Source: Promethearchaeota archaeon (GTDB lineage: Archaea; Asgardarchaeota; Lokiarchaeia; Sigyniarchaeales; SOKP01). Taken from it: a stretch of DNA of 64,000 bases. Shown here one piece after another: positions 61,955-64,000 of the stretch (the first letter of the stretch is position 1; each line of letters opens with the position of its first letter). The stretch lies in NCBI GenBank assembly GCA_019057795.1, contig JAHLWS010000077.1:134766-198765 (forward strand), written 5' to 3'. A model generated the notes under the pieces. That model did no database searches and had not been told where the DNA came from. It saw only the letters and a program-made list of their open reading frames with translations. The translations under genes and the position numbers were made by a program.

Positions 61955-62665
61955 TTAAAAGAATTTTTCGTAATTTTCTTCAGCCATATAAACAAATCCA
62001 GAGTTCCTTCGTATAAAATGTAGTTCTGAGAGCCTGTTAGATAAATTATTTTGGATTCGTTTGTTAAATAAAGTATCCGAATAATCATCCCACTGCCCCG
62101 AATATATTTCTGTCCAATACCCTATTACCTTCTTATATTTTTCAATATTTTCTGGATTCCAAATTATATCGCTGGGTTTAATTTTATTGGAAGTTAGAAA
62201 GATATAAATAGGGCTTTCTGTATCAAAATATAATCCCGTGTTTTCAACTTTATTAATAAAACCTTTTAAGGTTTTTAAAAGAATAAATGGTACTTGTTGA
62301 ATTAGCATCGGCTTTATGGATTCTTTTTTAGAAGGATTATCTTTATAATATTCTACTTCAAATTGGAAATATCCTAATGTATTATAGTCTCTTTCAGAAT
62401 TTTCGTCCTTATAGGGAAAATTAGATAAGCACGTGACCCAACTACATTTAATAGAAATATTCCTAATTAATTCAAATAAATCTTCTTTAAGTTCTTTTTT
62501 GTATATATCCTCGTCCTTTAAGTTTTGGAATTTATTTTTAATAAGATTCTCAATTTCTTTACTTTTTAATTCAGTATTAATTTTAGCAGTATTAACGAAC
62601 GCACTAATGAACCAAAACTCTTCTTTATAGATAAATTGCAGAATTTCACTCATAATCTCCAACAT
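61955..62665 (-). CDS. N-terminal part of the same CorA-like/Nudix gene, separated by an in-frame TAA
   Basis: Reads EKFF-TAA-SY-MKEF in one frame into the downstream ORF. Confidence 0.7.
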   Translation of the reverse strand: MLEIMSEILQFIYKEEFWFISAFVNTAKINTELKSKEIENLIKNKFQNLKDEDIYKKELKEDLFELIRNISIKCSWVTCLSNFPYKDENSERDYNTLGYFQFEVEYYKDNPSKKESIKPMLIQQVPFILLKTLKGFINKVENTGLYFDTESPIYIFLTSNKIKPSDIIWNPENIEKYKKVIGYWTEIYSGQWDDYSDTLFNKRIQNNLSNRLSELHFIRRNSGFVYMAEENYEKFF

Positions 62666-62791
62666 TAAAAATATTATAAATTCAATTAAATTATATTAAA
62701 TATTTCAATTTTTATTAGGTAAAAAAATTACTTTAAAATACCAGAAAATAGATTAATTCCTAAATCTTGTGTATATATAAATAATTTTTTC

Positions 62792-64000
62792 TTAATTAAT
62801 AAAATTGCGCACTTCGCATCCAAGCTGTAATTGCAAGCGATTTACAATGTGAGCGAGACCTTGTCGATTCAAACTTGCTTTAAATGGCGCTTTCACGCGT
62901 TTATTGAGCCATTCCAGGTTTGCCCGGCAGGCTTTCCCTAATTCTGGATGTTCGAGAAAGACTCTTGCAAATGCTATTATTTCCGATTTATATTTTTTGA
63001 GAGTCGTTATGGCAGTGTTTAATTTGTCAGAGTAGTTCTTTTTTTGAGTTAAGGCGTCTATTTGCCGACCATCTACAAGATTATAGGACTCCCGATAAAT
63101 CTCTCCGATCATGAGCGTCATTTCTCGATATTTCCTGAGAGTTGGATGTTGCTTTAAAAACTCTTCTATAAGTGTTTCTGCTTTAGGAATCACCTTTTCT
63201 GGTTGTTTAAAAAGAAGAAATTGCTTTTTACTGAATTCTCGTGCCTCTTCTTTTAGCGGTTTTCTAAATTTTAGACAGAGCGTTTTCAATTTTTTTAGAA
63301 GTTCTCCTTGAACACGGTTGCGTCCTTTAATCGTAAACTTCCTTTTTGGAAACTTCGAGCGCAACGTATCGCAAAATTCCTTTAAGATTTCGCCGTATTC
63401 TTTTAAAAGCTTTTTAAGCTCCACGTCAAAAGCAATAAAAAAAGAGCGAGGATCTTGTGTGGTTAAAAGGAAAAGGAGCTGTTTTATGACTTCGTTACAC
63501 TTTTTTGCGCCTGAATGGGAAGGGTTAATCTTTTTTAAAGGAGGAATGCTATCAGAAGTGAGGAGGTCGGCGTGTTTACGCTTCTCTTGGAGAACATTAA
63601 GGTAAGTACGAAGCCCTAATAATTCGTTTATTTCATCGCGATAAAGCTTAGCCCTGTAATATTTGAAATCTCGTCTTATTCCGTTATTTAGTGTTTGCAT
63701 CACGTGAAAGCCGTCGATTTGAACGGCAGATTCTGGAAAAATCGCTTTGATTGCGGCGATTAATGCGGGACTAAAATCGCACGTGATAATATAAGGGTTA
63801 ATGGGTGCTTTTTTTCTTACAGCAAGTAAAGAACGACAGCCATTCTCAAAGTCTTCTATTCCCACCAGGTCAATAAGTATATTCCGTTTGATAACTTGAC
63901 TGCCGATGCTAAGGGCACATTTTTTTTTTTTCCTAACAGTTTATTTCCTAAACTAAAACCCGTTCCATCGATTGTGAGTGCTTTATACGCTTCTAATGCC
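62792..64000 (-). mobile_element. ISL3-like insertion sequence transposase, truncated by the window edge, in two frames joined at an A12 run
   Basis: ITCDFSPALIAAIKAIFP.SAVQIDGFHVMQ (ISL3-type D..D.FH), LEWLNKRVK, and LTIDGT in the upstream frame. GC is higher than the flanks. Termini not identified. Confidence 0.8.

Noticed and set aside
61955-61957. Genome-wide TAA reassignment as an explanation for the in-frame stops here and at 12420
   Set aside because: Most well-conserved genes in the window (psmB, rpl37e, serA) terminate properly at TAA.
62666-62791. Terminal inverted repeat and target duplication of the IS
   Set aside because: The other end lies outside the window, so no terminus can be verified.

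Overview
AT-rich (roughly 30% GC by eye), densely coding archaeal chromosome segment. It is most consistent with an Asgard archaeon of the Lokiarchaeia/Promethearchaeota type. Markers: proteasome beta subunit, Lsm-rpl37e pair, archaeal SepF, geranylgeranyl reductases, a Roadblock protein, a stand-alone uDENN/longin protein and a GIFT (IFT52-like) protein. Metabolic content: a glycan-degradation cluster (sulfatase, GH2, GH4, YdjC, MelB-type transporter, GH29), serC/serA/DUF1015, a DUF35-thiolase-thiolase-DUF35 (Ltp3/Ltp4-like) operon and a 2-hydroxyacyl-CoA dehydratase pair. There is also a vapBC module and a truncated ISL3-like element with an A12 frameshift site. Main findings: (1) a CorA-like two-TM protein fused to an ADP-ribose-type Nudix domain, split by one in-frame TAA; (2) a tRNA-Leu(UAA) with two non-canonical BHB introns; (3) a 984-bp methyltransferase cassette between 77-bp direct repeats beside that tRNA; (4) a tandemly duplicated 2TM-protein/PadR-zinc-ribbon operon; (5) an HhH-SPKK-transglutaminase-like protease. 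No CRISPR array or rRNA was seen. All family assignments come from motif recognition by eye, not from database searches.
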